From: Planctomycetota bacterium
GTDB taxonomy: Bacteria; Planctomycetota; UBA11346
Reading direction: 5' to 3'
Length of the DNA stretch: 49,106 nt
NCBI GenBank assembly: GCA_038213805.1
Contig: JBBQSO010000038.1
Coordinates: forward strand, 1 to 49,106
A program made the translations under genes and the position numbers. The notes under the pieces are model-generated. The model searched no databases. It saw nothing but the letters and a program-made list of their open reading frames with translations, and was not told the DNA's origin. Positions 27,401 through 37,087 of the stretch are shown in pieces. The stretch's first letter is position 1, and every line of letters begins with the position of its first letter.

Positions 27401-27789
27401 ACGATGACGATGTCGAATTCTCGGGCTACCTGATGGCTCCGGTCCTGCGCGCCATTTCCGGCGAAGCCGTGGATCCGAGGCAGGCGTATGCGCGCGTGCT
27501 GCGGGACATGAAGGAGACCTTCTGCCAGCGCCTGTGGCATACCGCCGCCTACATCGCGGGCGACATCGACGAACAGCGCTTCAGGGAACAGCCGAACCGC
27601 ACCAGCCTCGACACCAGGCTGCTGCTGGCCAGGGCCCTGCGCGCCGAGCTCCATGGCGACCGCGCGCAGGCGCTGGAATGCTACACCGCCTATTCGGCGC
27701 TCCCCCCATGGAAGCGGTCGTGCAGCGATTGCGAGGAGATGTTCCGTGCCTGGCGGCTCCAAGCGCTCGCCGTCCAGGCGGCTCGATGA
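24445..27789 (+). CDS. Membrane Ser/Thr (Hanks) kinase with lectin-like and TPR extracytoplasmic domains, paralogue 1
   Basis: LGVGATGEV, VAIK, HQDIKPDN, DWG, GTPLYMSPEQ, SDIY; TM after RRWHRR; ConA-like beta region, then TPRs. Confidence 0.92.
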   Translation: MDQPEAGTSSPRAGPGDSDTRATGPYGRTVSAEQFSAAGVEPLATPPAGADWPRLNGINVTRRLRRGGTSSADGDARFQVESLLGVGATGEVYSVLDRNLRRQVAIKVLNRELIDDHDQVTGFVDEARITASLQHPNVLPVHEIDVTEEGQPYFSMSRIEGCSLGSVIAQSSPGARHAKIATANSVVSTILAVCHAISYAHHQKLVHQDIKPDNIMLGDFGEVLVLDWGSAVRMDADGKVRTRIYGTPLYMSPEQARREHSDATSDIYCIGATLFHALTLRLPIWSDDSEAFWNMKRRGDIAPPDEAERAAMPAELLEIALKAMAPVSGDRYPALEAMLRDLERFQAGLAVSVHRDSLWRRFRRWHRRNAKVFWISAAAASLVAAAAGVVAIDKIKELTVWRPVCIEDFSRPAEALAEHWVGRYRTDNSNMTFFDAPLTDGDFFTVHDGALHVATDKPVPKLGNRKPIVDVAYVPGLRGNIRVEWDYSSELNNRNFNCFMAGRNREDGFTFHVGGFGDPSSVVLTKGNNYIHLVHDICPSPLAVGRVYRFAMEHEDRHVRLFIDGHRVVDYIDAEDFGSAIEQSFGFDSYSDSRLVIDNVKVYHQSLAQRISPIQVGDRFFQLQQYEEAERQYAEIAASYPGTSLRPQALFKLGICASRRNHREDAERKLADFEKEYQGHELVPFSMYERLALARAGKSEEAVARIRSGLIAFKGHPILRQVLIEIGQEQLPMLRATPAVVFGDLPYPEDIVRRIEEEYAVLERWAKDYGTSLDKNPFTSSAPEVLERYGDYAFIFAHCAEQESIVARALMRMGRFEEVIRRFPKDSGHRAQALNNLGRFDEALALPGLPTGDLEWTLFLSGDIARLEAEQPSAWALNRMKSRAGRGSEVLAVVQSPSNEFEFGYTQRAEALIALGRADEVLRDYHHPAAHARALVALKRYEEAIVANPADTVACPMAGLGIFIDGNAQRWREIQAVLDRLQPNLDDDDVEFSGYLMAPVLRAISGEAVDPRQAYARVLRDMKETFCQRLWHTAAYIAGDIDEQRFREQPNRTSLDTRLLLARALRAELHGDRAQALECYTAYSALPPWKRSCSDCEEMFRAWRLQALAVQAAR

Positions 27790-30700
27790 CGGCCGACCCG
27801 GGGACCTCCGGCGCGGACGGTGCCGCGCTCGCGGCGCGGGCCCGCACCCAGTCCGCCGAGGAATTCGGCCAGGATCGGTCGGGCCCGCGAGGGCCGGACG
27901 AGCCGCCTGGATCTCCGCGGTTGAACACCAGCAGGACTAGGCGCCGGGTTCCAGATGGCCTGGGTCAGGCGGCCGCCGGAGGCGAGCGCTTTCGCGTCGA
28001 GGAGCTCCTCGGCATGGGCGCGACCGGCCAGGTGTATTCGGTGCTCGACCGCAACCTCGAACGCCTGGTGGCCGTGAAAGTGCTGAATCCCGAGTTGGTG
28101 GGTAGCGCCGAGGATGTCGGCGGCTTCGTCGAGGAAGCGAGGATCACCGCCTCATTGCAGCACCCGAACGTGTTGCCGGTGTACGAGATGGACGTCACCG
28201 ACGAGGGCCAGCCGTACTTCAGCATGAGCCGCATCGCCGGCGTCTCCCTAGGCGCGGCAATCGCCGCTTCGACGCCCGAGCGGCGGCATGCTAAACTCCC
28301 ATCGTTCAACGCCATCGTCAGCATCATGATCGACGTCTGCAACGCCGTCTCGTATGCGCATCACCAGGGCATCGTGCATCAGGATATCAAACCCGACAAT
28401 ATCATGCTCGGCGATTTCGGAGAGGTACTGGTCTTGGATTGGGGGAGCGCGGTGCGAGTCGACGCGCAGGGAAAGATCACCGCGCGCATCTACGGGACGC
28501 CGCTGTACATGAGCCCGGAACAGGCCCGCAACGAGTTCGCGGACCGTTCGAGCGATGTGTACGGGATCGGCGCGACCCTCTTCCACGCGCTCACCCTGCG
28601 CCTGCCGACCTGGTCCGACGATCCGGACAAGTTCTGGGAGATGAAGCGCGGAGCGAGAATCCGGCTACCGGATGAGCAGGAAAGGCGGGCGCTGCCGGCT
28701 GAACTGCTGGAGATCTCGATCAAAGCGCTGGCTCCATCACCCGCTGGTCGATATGCCTCGGTCGACGCGCTGCGCCGCGATCTCGAGCACTACCAGGCAG
28801 GTCTCGCGGTCAGCGTGCACCGCGATTCACCGTGGCGCCGGTTCCGGCGCTGGCACCGCCGAAACGGCAAAGTGTTCTGGTCGGCCGCTGCGTCGATCAT
28901 CGCGTTGGCTGGCGCCGGCGCGTATGTATGGCAGGAAAAGGGAAAGGAGAGATCTGGGTGGCAAGAGGTGGCGCGAGAGGACTTCGAAAGCGCATCGCTC
29001 GGAGAACTCTCGAATCGCTGGACTGGTCGGGTGAAATCCGCGAGCAAACTGGACGCCCAATTCGAGTCGATCGAGATCACCGACAGGGGGCTATTTCGAG
29101 TTGGAGGCGGAACCTTCACAATGCTCAGCAATGGCACACTGCTCGATGTGGCCTGGCGGCATCGCCTGCGCGGCAACATCCGAGTCGCCTGGGACTACCG
29201 CTGCGTAGGCCGGAACCGCGATCTGAACTGCTTCATTGGCGGCGACGACCGCGATGGTGGATTCACCTTTCACATCGGGGGTTTCGGCGAAGCGGGCAGC
29301 TGCGCGCTGACCAAGGGCGATTTCCGCAACCTCGTGAACCTGGTCTTCGTCAGCGGCCGCGAGCCGTTGGCCCCCGATCGCTGGTACCGTTTCGCGATGG
29401 AACGCCAGGACCGCCATGTCCGCCTGTCGGTCGATGGCGAGACCGTCATCGATTACATCGATGCCGAGAACTTCGGCGGTGGTATCGGCCAGTCCTTCGG
29501 ATTCGACACCTACGGGACGAATCAGCTCGATATCGACAACGTGGTCGTGAGCCATCAGCCGTTGGCGCAGAAGATCTCGCCCATGGAAGTCGGCGACCGG
29601 CTATACCAGCTCAAGGACTACGCTGAGGCGGCGGTGCAATACCGCGAGATCCTCGAAGCCTATCCCGATACCGATCTCGCTCCGATCGCGCTCTTCCGAC
29701 TCGCGGTGTCCGATCTCAAGGCCGGACTGGCGGATGACGGCATGGCCCTGCTCGAACGCTTCGCGCTTGAGCATCCGCGGCACGAGTTGGCGCCCTTTGC
29801 CATGTACGAGCGGCTCGAGCATGCTCTGAAGGTTTCCGATGCGACATTGGCGGCCAAGCTGCGCGCGCAGCTGAAGGCGTTCTCGGGACATCCCATCCTT
29901 CGCCAGGTCCTGATGGAGATGGGAGCGGAGCGGCTTCCCGCACTCGAACCCCGGATCATCCGCGAGCTGGGCGATTCACTCTATGCCGACGACATCGTCG
30001 AGATCATCCGGCGCAACCAGGACGAATTGCAGGGCTGGGCGGACGCCTACGGATCGACGCTCGACAAGAATCCGTTCATGCTCAAGTCGTATCCGGTCCT
30101 CGAGCGCATGGGCGCATACCAGCGCATCCTCGATACGTGCCCGGGTCACGAGAGTGTATTCCTGGCGCATGCCCTGTTCCACCAGGGACGTTTCCAGGAG
30201 GTCGTCGCCCGCTTCCCGCTAGACCTCCATATCGTCGCCCAGGCCATGCGCGAGATGGGCAAGTCGAGGGAGATCGCCTACGATGCACGCTTCTCCACCG
30301 AGGATCGCCTGTACGCGCTGGACAACATCGGGGATTATGCAGCGATCCGTGCCGAAGACCCGCGCCATTGGCTGCTCGACGATGACGCGTTGAGAGCAGG
30401 ACATTTCCAGGAATTCCTGGACGCCCATCCGGTCGAAACGAATAGGGCGGATTTCGGATCGACTCAGCGCTCATGGGCGCTCCTCGGGCTGCGCCGCTAC
30501 GATCAGGTGCTCGCCGAGTATTCCCATGGGTCCCCGCGCGCCCGCGCGCTGATCGGCCTTGGCCGATTCGAGGACGCGCTGCGTGCGGCGCCCTTCGATT
30601 CCGGATGCTGCGCCACGATCGCATTGGCCTATTTCCGCAAGGGCGACCCCGACGGCTGCTCCCGCGTGCTCGCCAGGTTCGCGCGCGCACAGCCCGACAT

Positions 30701-31121
30701 GGAGGACGGCAATCAGATGTTCGCACGTTGGCTCATGCCGGCGCTGCTCGAGCGCATCGGCGGGGCGAGGGTGGACGCGCGTGTGGCGTACGCGCACATC
30801 ATCGCTTCGCTGAAGCACGTATACGGCCAGCGCCTGTGGCATCTGGCGGCATTCATCGCTGGCGACATCGATGAGCCGGCGTTCATGGCCCAGCCGGCCC
30901 AGCTGAGGGTGCGGGCTCAGCTGCTCTTCGGCCGTGGCCTGCACCACGAATTCGCCGGAGAGGCCGCGGCAGCGGCCGACTGCTACCGCGAATACCTCGC
31001 GCTGCCGTCTTTCGACCGGCGGCCAAGCGAAGTCGAGGCGATCTTCATGCGCACACGGATCGACAGCGCCGAGCATCCGGCAGGGTGGATCCCATCGGAT
31101 CCACCTGTGCTCGTGCCCTGA
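27786..31121 (+). CDS. Membrane Ser/Thr kinase, paralogue 2
   Basis: Same motifs and collinear with paralogue 1; ATGA overlap. Confidence 0.92.
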   Translation: MTADPGTSGADGAALAARARTQSAEEFGQDRSGPRGPDEPPGSPRLNTSRTRRRVPDGLGQAAAGGERFRVEELLGMGATGQVYSVLDRNLERLVAVKVLNPELVGSAEDVGGFVEEARITASLQHPNVLPVYEMDVTDEGQPYFSMSRIAGVSLGAAIAASTPERRHAKLPSFNAIVSIMIDVCNAVSYAHHQGIVHQDIKPDNIMLGDFGEVLVLDWGSAVRVDAQGKITARIYGTPLYMSPEQARNEFADRSSDVYGIGATLFHALTLRLPTWSDDPDKFWEMKRGARIRLPDEQERRALPAELLEISIKALAPSPAGRYASVDALRRDLEHYQAGLAVSVHRDSPWRRFRRWHRRNGKVFWSAAASIIALAGAGAYVWQEKGKERSGWQEVAREDFESASLGELSNRWTGRVKSASKLDAQFESIEITDRGLFRVGGGTFTMLSNGTLLDVAWRHRLRGNIRVAWDYRCVGRNRDLNCFIGGDDRDGGFTFHIGGFGEAGSCALTKGDFRNLVNLVFVSGREPLAPDRWYRFAMERQDRHVRLSVDGETVIDYIDAENFGGGIGQSFGFDTYGTNQLDIDNVVVSHQPLAQKISPMEVGDRLYQLKDYAEAAVQYREILEAYPDTDLAPIALFRLAVSDLKAGLADDGMALLERFALEHPRHELAPFAMYERLEHALKVSDATLAAKLRAQLKAFSGHPILRQVLMEMGAERLPALEPRIIRELGDSLYADDIVEIIRRNQDELQGWADAYGSTLDKNPFMLKSYPVLERMGAYQRILDTCPGHESVFLAHALFHQGRFQEVVARFPLDLHIVAQAMREMGKSREIAYDARFSTEDRLYALDNIGDYAAIRAEDPRHWLLDDDALRAGHFQEFLDAHPVETNRADFGSTQRSWALLGLRRYDQVLAEYSHGSPRARALIGLGRFEDALRAAPFDSGCCATIALAYFRKGDPDGCSRVLARFARAQPDMEDGNQMFARWLMPALLERIGGARVDARVAYAHIIASLKHVYGQRLWHLAAFIAGDIDEPAFMAQPAQLRVRAQLLFGRGLHHEFAGEAAAAADCYREYLALPSFDRRPSEVEAIFMRTRIDSAEHPAGWIPSDPPVLVP

Positions 31122-31139
31122 CGCCGCGGAGCGGGCTGA

Positions 31140-33509
31140 TCACCAGCCTGACATCTTCTCTGGATCGATCGACATCAGGAATTCGACGTTGGTGCGGAAG
31201 TTCTTGAGCTTCGAGCGCATGAACTCCACCGCGTCCTGGCCATTGCGGTCGGCCAGGAACTTGCGCAGCGCCCACACGCGCTTGAGCTCCTCGGGATCCT
31301 TGATCAGCAGCTCGTCCTTGCGCGTGCCCGACTGGGCGCAGTCGACCGCGGGGAAGACCCGCCGATTCGCCAAGCGCCGGTCGAGGACCAGCTCCATGTT
31401 GCCGGTGCCCTTGAACTCCTCGAAGATCACCGTGTCCATCAAGGATCCGGTATCGACGATAGCGGTGGCGAGGATGGTGAGCGAGCCGCCATCCTCGATC
31501 TTGCGCGCCGCGCCGAAGAACTGCTTGGGCTTGATCAGCGCGTTCGAGTCGATGCCGCCCGAGAGGATGCGGCCCGAGTTCGGCGCCATGGTGTTGTAGG
31601 CGCGCGCCAGGCGCGTCACCGAGTCGAGCAGGATGACCACGTCCTTGCCGCGCTCGACCAGGCGCTTGGCCTTGTTGATCGTGGTCTCGGCGACCTGGAC
31701 GTGGCGGCTGGCCGGCTGGTCGAAGGTCGAGGAGATGACCTCGCCCTTCACCGAGCGCTCCATGTCCGTCACTTCCTCTGGGCGCTCGTCAACCAGCAGG
31801 ACCATGAGGATGACCTCAGGGTTGTTGGTGGTGATCACCTTGGCGATCTTCTGCAGGTAGACCGTCTTGCCGCACTTGGGCTGGGCGACGATCAGGCCGC
31901 GCTGGCCCTTGCCGATCGGACAAGCCAGATCGAAGATGCGCAGGCTGATGTCGGTCGGGTCGTTGGGCAGCTCCATGAACAGGCGTTCAAAGGCATGCAA
32001 CGGCACGAGGTGCTCGAAGTCCTGGTACGGGCTGCGCTTGTTCTCCGGCTCGCCCATGACCTCGTGGATCATCAGCAGCTGCGGGCACTTCTCGTTGCCG
32101 CGCGGGGCGCGGGATACGCCCTTGACGAGCATGCCGGACTTAAGGCCGAAACGACGCAGCTGTTGACCGGTGATGAAGGTGTCGGTGTTGACGGCGTGGT
32201 ACTGGTTGAGCGGACTGCGCACGTAGCCGTGCTGATCCTTGTACAGCTCCATGTAGCCCTCGAAGACGATCTCATCCTGGCGCCCGCAGGCGATGCGGCG
32301 CAGAATCTCGGCGATGAGGTCGTGCTTCTTCAACCACTTCACGTCACGCACTTCCATCTTCTCGGCCTCGGCCTGCAGCTCGGGCAGCTTCTTCACCAGA
32401 TAGCTGTTGAGCTCGACCTTGACCGGCGGCCGCTCGGGCTGCTGGAACTGCTGGTTGCCCTGTTGATTGCCCTGCTGATTGCCCTGCTGATTGCCCTGCT
32501 GATTGCCGTTCTGCTGACGCGGATTCTGGAACTGGGGGCGCTGGCCGTGCTGGGGCTGCGGCTGGCCCTGCGGGCCCTGCGGCATCGGCTGGCTCTGCGG
32601 CTGCTGACCCTGCGGCTCGGCGTCATCGCCGTTGTCGGCTGCAGGCGGGCCGGCCGGGCCGACCGGGCCGCGCTTGAGGCTGGCGAGGTCGACGCCGAGC
32701 TGCTTGGCCAGGATGACTTTGGCGTAGAGCCCAAGCTGATCCTCGTTGCCCTGGTTGTTCACCGCCAGGCTGCACTTCTTGCGCCGTTCATCGGCGCTGC
32801 CCAGGGCGGTCTCACGACGCGCCAGTTCGTCCTCGTCCCAGCCACGGGCCAGCACGCGCTCGGCGCGCTGCTCACGCGGGGCGTAGACGTAGACCGTGCC
32901 GGTGCACAGGTCGTTGACGCCGAGCTCATGCAACAGGGCGCAGTCGAGCACGACGAAGGCTCCGGCCCGACCGACCGCCTCACGGACGCGGCGGGTCAGC
33001 TCGGGGTGGACGATGCGGTTGAGCGCCTGGGTCGCCTCGGCGCTCTCGAAAGCGGCGGCGGACAGCTTGTGCCGGTCGACCGAGCCCTCGGCGCCGATGA
33101 TCGCATCGCCGAAGCGGCTGGCGAGTTCGCGCTTCACCTGCATCTGCTCGATGACCTCATGGCCAAGGACGTCGGCCTCGACGTTGCGGGCGCCGAGCTG
33201 GACCAGGGCGCGGGCCAGCGCGCTCTTGCCAGCGCCGGGCTCGCCGGTCACGCCGATGACCACACGCTTACCAGGCGGGACCGCCAGCGGATTGGCCGGA
33301 TCGGCCGGGCGCGGGGTCTCGGCGGGCTGCTCCTCGGCGGCAGGCTCTGGCGCCGGGGGCGGTGGCGTCGCTTCAGCGACCGGAGCGGCGACGGCAGCCG
33401 GCGGGGCGGCCTGCGCAGGTTCCTCAGCGGCTGGGGCGGCCTCGCTGCGGCGGCGGGGCGGACGGCCGCGGCGCTTGGGGGTGTCGGAGGCGTGGGACTT
33501 GTCGGGCAT
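31140..33509 (-). CDS. rho: Dephospho-CoA kinase (CoaE) - transcription termination factor Rho fusion
   Basis: CoaE motifs IGVTGEPGAGKS, EADVLGH, LNRIVHP, DCALLHE; Rho motifs PIGKGQRGLIV, GKT, DERPEEVTDM, DSVTRLARAYN, EEFKGTGNME; single open frame. Confidence 0.93.
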   Translation of the reverse strand: MPDKSHASDTPKRRGRPPRRRSEAAPAAEEPAQAAPPAAVAAPVAEATPPPPAPEPAAEEQPAETPRPADPANPLAVPPGKRVVIGVTGEPGAGKSALARALVQLGARNVEADVLGHEVIEQMQVKRELASRFGDAIIGAEGSVDRHKLSAAAFESAEATQALNRIVHPELTRRVREAVGRAGAFVVLDCALLHELGVNDLCTGTVYVYAPREQRAERVLARGWDEDELARRETALGSADERRKKCSLAVNNQGNEDQLGLYAKVILAKQLGVDLASLKRGPVGPAGPPAADNGDDAEPQGQQPQSQPMPQGPQGQPQPQHGQRPQFQNPRQQNGNQQGNQQGNQQGNQQGNQQFQQPERPPVKVELNSYLVKKLPELQAEAEKMEVRDVKWLKKHDLIAEILRRIACGRQDEIVFEGYMELYKDQHGYVRSPLNQYHAVNTDTFITGQQLRRFGLKSGMLVKGVSRAPRGNEKCPQLLMIHEVMGEPENKRSPYQDFEHLVPLHAFERLFMELPNDPTDISLRIFDLACPIGKGQRGLIVAQPKCGKTVYLQKIAKVITTNNPEVILMVLLVDERPEEVTDMERSVKGEVISSTFDQPASRHVQVAETTINKAKRLVERGKDVVILLDSVTRLARAYNTMAPNSGRILSGGIDSNALIKPKQFFGAARKIEDGGSLTILATAIVDTGSLMDTVIFEEFKGTGNMELVLDRRLANRRVFPAVDCAQSGTRKDELLIKDPEELKRVWALRKFLADRNGQDAVEFMRSKLKNFRTNVEFLMSIDPEKMSGW
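32448..32507 (-). repeat. 12-bp coding tandem repeat x5 encoding (GNQQ)5 in the Rho linker
   Basis: ctgctgattgcc units; two are slightly degenerate. Confidence 0.9.
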
Positions 33510-33517
33510 GTGGGGTC

Positions 33518-36169
33518 TCAGGAGACGTCGAGCCAGGTGCGACCGTTGCGCGCCTCGGCGACGAGGGGGACGGCGAAGGCGGCGGCGCCGCGCATCGCGT
33601 TGGTGAGGGCCTCGGCGGCCTGCGCGGCCAAGGCTTCGGGAGCTTCGATGATGAGTTCGTCGTGGACCTGCAGCACCAGGCGGGCGCCGGGCGGCAGCAG
33701 CGGAGGCAGGGCGAGCATGGCGCGCTTGATCAGGTCGGCGGCCGAGCCCTGGATGGTCGAGTTGACGGCGACGCGTTCGGCGGCGAGCCGGTCGTTGCGG
33801 TTGCCCGAAGCCAGACCGGGCACATAGCGGCGACGGCCGCTGATGGTGCGGGCGTAGCCGATCCGGGCAGCCTCGGCGACAGTGGTGGCGATGTAGTCGC
33901 GCACCGAGCCAAAGCGGGCGAAGTAGCCGTCGATGAACTCCTGCGCCTCCTTCCGCGCGATGCCCAGCTGCTGGGCCAGACCGAAGGCAGTCTGGCCGTA
34001 GATGATGCCGAAGTTCACCGCCTTGGCGGCGTTGCGCTGCTGTGGCGTGACATGCGCCGGGTCGATGCCGGCGACCTGCGCCGCGACGTGGCGGTGGATG
34101 TCGGCGCCGGCGGCGAAGGCGGCGTTCAGTGCCGGATCACCGGACAACTCGGCGAGCACGCGCAGCTCGATCTGCGAATAGTCGGCGGCGATCAGCAGAT
34201 GCCCGGGCGCGGCCGAGAAGGCGGCGCGGATCTCGCGGCCAAGGTCGGACTTCTTGGGGATGTTCTGCAGGTTGGGCTGGTCGCTGGAGAGGCGGCCGGT
34301 CTCGGCGCCGGTCTGGCGGAAGTGGCTGTGGATGCGGCCGTCGGCGGCGATGAAGCCGGGCAACTTGGCGACGTAGGTGTTCAGCAGCTTCGACAGCATG
34401 CGGTGCTGCAGGATCAGGTCGGGCAGTTCGTGCTGGTGGCGCAGCACCTCCAGCACACTGGCGTCGGTGCTGGGACCGCTCTTGGTCTTCGTCACCACCG
34501 GCAGACCGAGCTTGCCGAAGAGCAGTTCGCCGACCTGCTTGGGACTTGCCGGGTTGAAGTCCGGCCCGGTCTGGCGGCGGATGTCCTTCATCACTTGGTC
34601 GAGATAGCTGGCGAGGTGCGTCTCGCTGGCGGCGAGGGCGGCCCGGTCGACGGCGAGGCCGGCGCGCTCCATGTCGGCCAGCACCAGCGCCAGCGGCACC
34701 TCCTGCTGACGGTACACGGTCAGCAGGTCGAGTTCCGTCAGCTTGCCTTCCAGCAGCTGGGCCAGCCGCCAGGTCGACTGGGCATCCTCGCAGGCGTAGC
34801 GCGCGACCTTGTCGGGATCGGCGTCGGCCATGGTCTGGCCGAGGATGAAGGTGGCGACGTCGCTGGTCGGGATCTTGCGCTCGCCGAGAAAGAGCAACGC
34901 GAGATGGTCGAGGTCGTGGCTTTCGCGCCCCGGATCGAGCAGCCACGAGGCCAGCATGGTGTCGCCGTCGTAGCCGCGCACCGGCGTGCCGGCGGCGGAC
35001 AGCATCTGCTGGTCGAACTTGATGTTCTGTCCGACCTTGCCGATGCGGGCGTCGGCAAGCAGGCGCGACAGCGGTTCGACGATGCGCGCCCACGGCACGA
35101 TCTCGCCGGCCGGGCCAAGCAGCGGCAGCCAGGCAGCGCCGGTGCCACCGTGCTCGCCGCAGGCGAACGACACTCCGACCAGGCGCGCAGTCAGCGGATC
35201 GAGGCCGGTGGTCTCGGTGTCGACGGCGAAGCGGCCGGCGCGGGCCAGACGCTCGCAGTAGGCGGGGAAGCTGTCGGCGGTCAGGGTCTCGTAGACCGCG
35301 CCATCGCTGGCCGCCTTGGGCTCGGCCTTGGGGGTGAAGCGCACCACCTGGAAGCCGAGGCGCTCGAACGGGGCGCTGTCGGCTGGGCTGGCGCGATCCA
35401 TCGCCAGGGCATCCAACGATGGCACCGCGGGCACGTCGACCAGGGTGATCAGCCGGCGGGTCAACTCGGCCTTGGGGACGAAGGCGGCAAGGTTCTCCGC
35501 CAGCTTGCCCTTGTGGGTGGCGGCGAGGATGGCCTCCAGCGTGCCGTGCTCGGCGAGCAGCTTCGCCGCCGTCTTCGGCCCGACGCCAGTGACGCCCGGC
35601 ACGTTGTCGGCGGTGTCGCCGATCAGACAGAGGTAGTCGACGACCTGGGCCGGCGTGATGCCCTTCTCGGCGAACAGCTCGGCTGGACCGCGCTCCTGCT
35701 GCTTGATCGCGTCGTAGGTGCGCACGCGCTCGGAGATGACCTGGTCGACGTCCTTGTCGCGGGTGTACAGGCGCACGTCCAGATCGGCGGCATGGCCGAG
35801 CCGCGCGTAGGTGAACAGCACGTCGTCGGCCTCGTAGCCGGGGATGCGCACCACCGGCACATGCATGGCCGCCAGGATCTCAAGCACATCGGGGATCTGC
35901 TTGACCAACGGCTCGGGCATCGGATCGCGGTGCGCCTTGTAGGGCGGGAAGATCTCGTTGCGGAAGCTGTCGGCGGCGGCGTCAAACACGCACACCAGAT
36001 GGGTGACCCGCTGATCCGCCTTCAGCTCGCGGACGAGGTTGGCGAAGGCGTAGGTGACGCCTGTGGGATGCCCGTTCGGCCCCGACAACGGCGGCATGCC
36101 GAAGTGGTAACGGTAGGCGTAATAATGGCCGTCTATGACGGCGAGAAGGGGCCGGGTGGCCTCGGACAT
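33518..36169 (-). CDS. polA: DNA polymerase I
   Basis: 5' nuclease YKAHR, EADD, GDTADN; 3'-5' exo DTET, QNIKFD, YACED; polymerase ADYSQIELR, KAVNFGIIYG, QVHDE. Confidence 0.97.
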   Translation of the reverse strand: MSEATRPLLAVIDGHYYAYRYHFGMPPLSGPNGHPTGVTYAFANLVRELKADQRVTHLVCVFDAAADSFRNEIFPPYKAHRDPMPEPLVKQIPDVLEILAAMHVPVVRIPGYEADDVLFTYARLGHAADLDVRLYTRDKDVDQVISERVRTYDAIKQQERGPAELFAEKGITPAQVVDYLCLIGDTADNVPGVTGVGPKTAAKLLAEHGTLEAILAATHKGKLAENLAAFVPKAELTRRLITLVDVPAVPSLDALAMDRASPADSAPFERLGFQVVRFTPKAEPKAASDGAVYETLTADSFPAYCERLARAGRFAVDTETTGLDPLTARLVGVSFACGEHGGTGAAWLPLLGPAGEIVPWARIVEPLSRLLADARIGKVGQNIKFDQQMLSAAGTPVRGYDGDTMLASWLLDPGRESHDLDHLALLFLGERKIPTSDVATFILGQTMADADPDKVARYACEDAQSTWRLAQLLEGKLTELDLLTVYRQQEVPLALVLADMERAGLAVDRAALAASETHLASYLDQVMKDIRRQTGPDFNPASPKQVGELLFGKLGLPVVTKTKSGPSTDASVLEVLRHQHELPDLILQHRMLSKLLNTYVAKLPGFIAADGRIHSHFRQTGAETGRLSSDQPNLQNIPKKSDLGREIRAAFSAAPGHLLIAADYSQIELRVLAELSGDPALNAAFAAGADIHRHVAAQVAGIDPAHVTPQQRNAAKAVNFGIIYGQTAFGLAQQLGIARKEAQEFIDGYFARFGSVRDYIATTVAEAARIGYARTISGRRRYVPGLASGNRNDRLAAERVAVNSTIQGSAADLIKRAMLALPPLLPPGARLVLQVHDELIIEAPEALAAQAAEALTNAMRGAAAFAVPLVAEARNGRTWLDVS

Positions 36170-36391
36170 GCTGGGACCGATGGGAAATGCTGGCCGGGCG
36201 ATGAACGCCACCACGCCTGCGATGTAGGAACCTATGCGCCTACCGTGGGGGCGTCAATGCGAAGGTTGGAGCGCCGGCACTCCTAGGGATGACCTGGTAC
36301 CAGACCTCGTGCGCGGTATCCTGACCACTGATGACCCCAACCGCGTCGCCTACCGGCTGGGTGCTGTTCCGGCCCTGGTTTCCGGCCTGAC

Positions 36392-37087
36392 ATGGCCGTG
36401 TTCCTGCGCGCCGTCTGGCGCCACCTGGCGATGGCGAGCTGGCCGGTCGACCCGCAGCTGCTGCAGCCGCTGGTCCCGGCCGGCACCGAACTCGATGACC
36501 ACGACGGGCAGACCTACGCCAGCCTGGTCGGCTTCCGCTTCCTCGCCACCCGCCTACGCGGCGTGGCCATACCCTGGCATCGCGGCTTTGACGAGATCAA
36601 CCTGCGCTTCTACCTCCGCCGCCGCGGTACCGACGGCGTGCAGCGCGGGGTGGGCTTCGTCCGCGAATTCGTCCCCCGGCACGCCATCGCCTGGGTGGCC
36701 CGCCTAGCCTACAACGAACCGTATCGCGCCGTACCGATGACCAGTCGCATCGACGGCGACGCTGTCACCTACCGCTGGCGGCAATCGCGCTGGAACACCC
36801 TGCGGCTGAACGCGCCCGCAGGCTGGGCGGTGCCCAATCCCACCAGCCGTGATGGCTGGATTGCCGAACATTACTGGGGCTGGACGCGCCAGCGTGATGG
36901 CGGCACCGTCGCCTACCGCGTCGAGCATCCGGCCTGGCGCATCCGGCCGGCCACCGACGTCACCATCGACGCCGATCTGGCGGCAAGCTATGGCGCACCC
37001 TGGGCCGCCGCCTTGGCCGGCCCGCCGGCGTCGGCCTTCATCGCCGAGGGATCCGCCGTCACCGTCGGCATGCCGCAGCGGCTGTAG
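36392..37087 (+). CDS. DUF2071/YqjF family protein
   Basis: FLRAVWRHL...P.GTELD...SLVGF...FDEINLRFY...EHYWG...YRVEHPAW. Confidence 0.85.
   Translation: MAVFLRAVWRHLAMASWPVDPQLLQPLVPAGTELDDHDGQTYASLVGFRFLATRLRGVAIPWHRGFDEINLRFYLRRRGTDGVQRGVGFVREFVPRHAIAWVARLAYNEPYRAVPMTSRIDGDAVTYRWRQSRWNTLRLNAPAGWAVPNPTSRDGWIAEHYWGWTRQRDGGTVAYRVEHPAWRIRPATDVTIDADLAASYGAPWAAALAGPPASAFIAEGSAVTVGMPQRL

Noticed and set aside
31701..36286. Plus-strand ORFs of 708 and 974 aa
   Set aside because: Antisense shadows of rho and polA.
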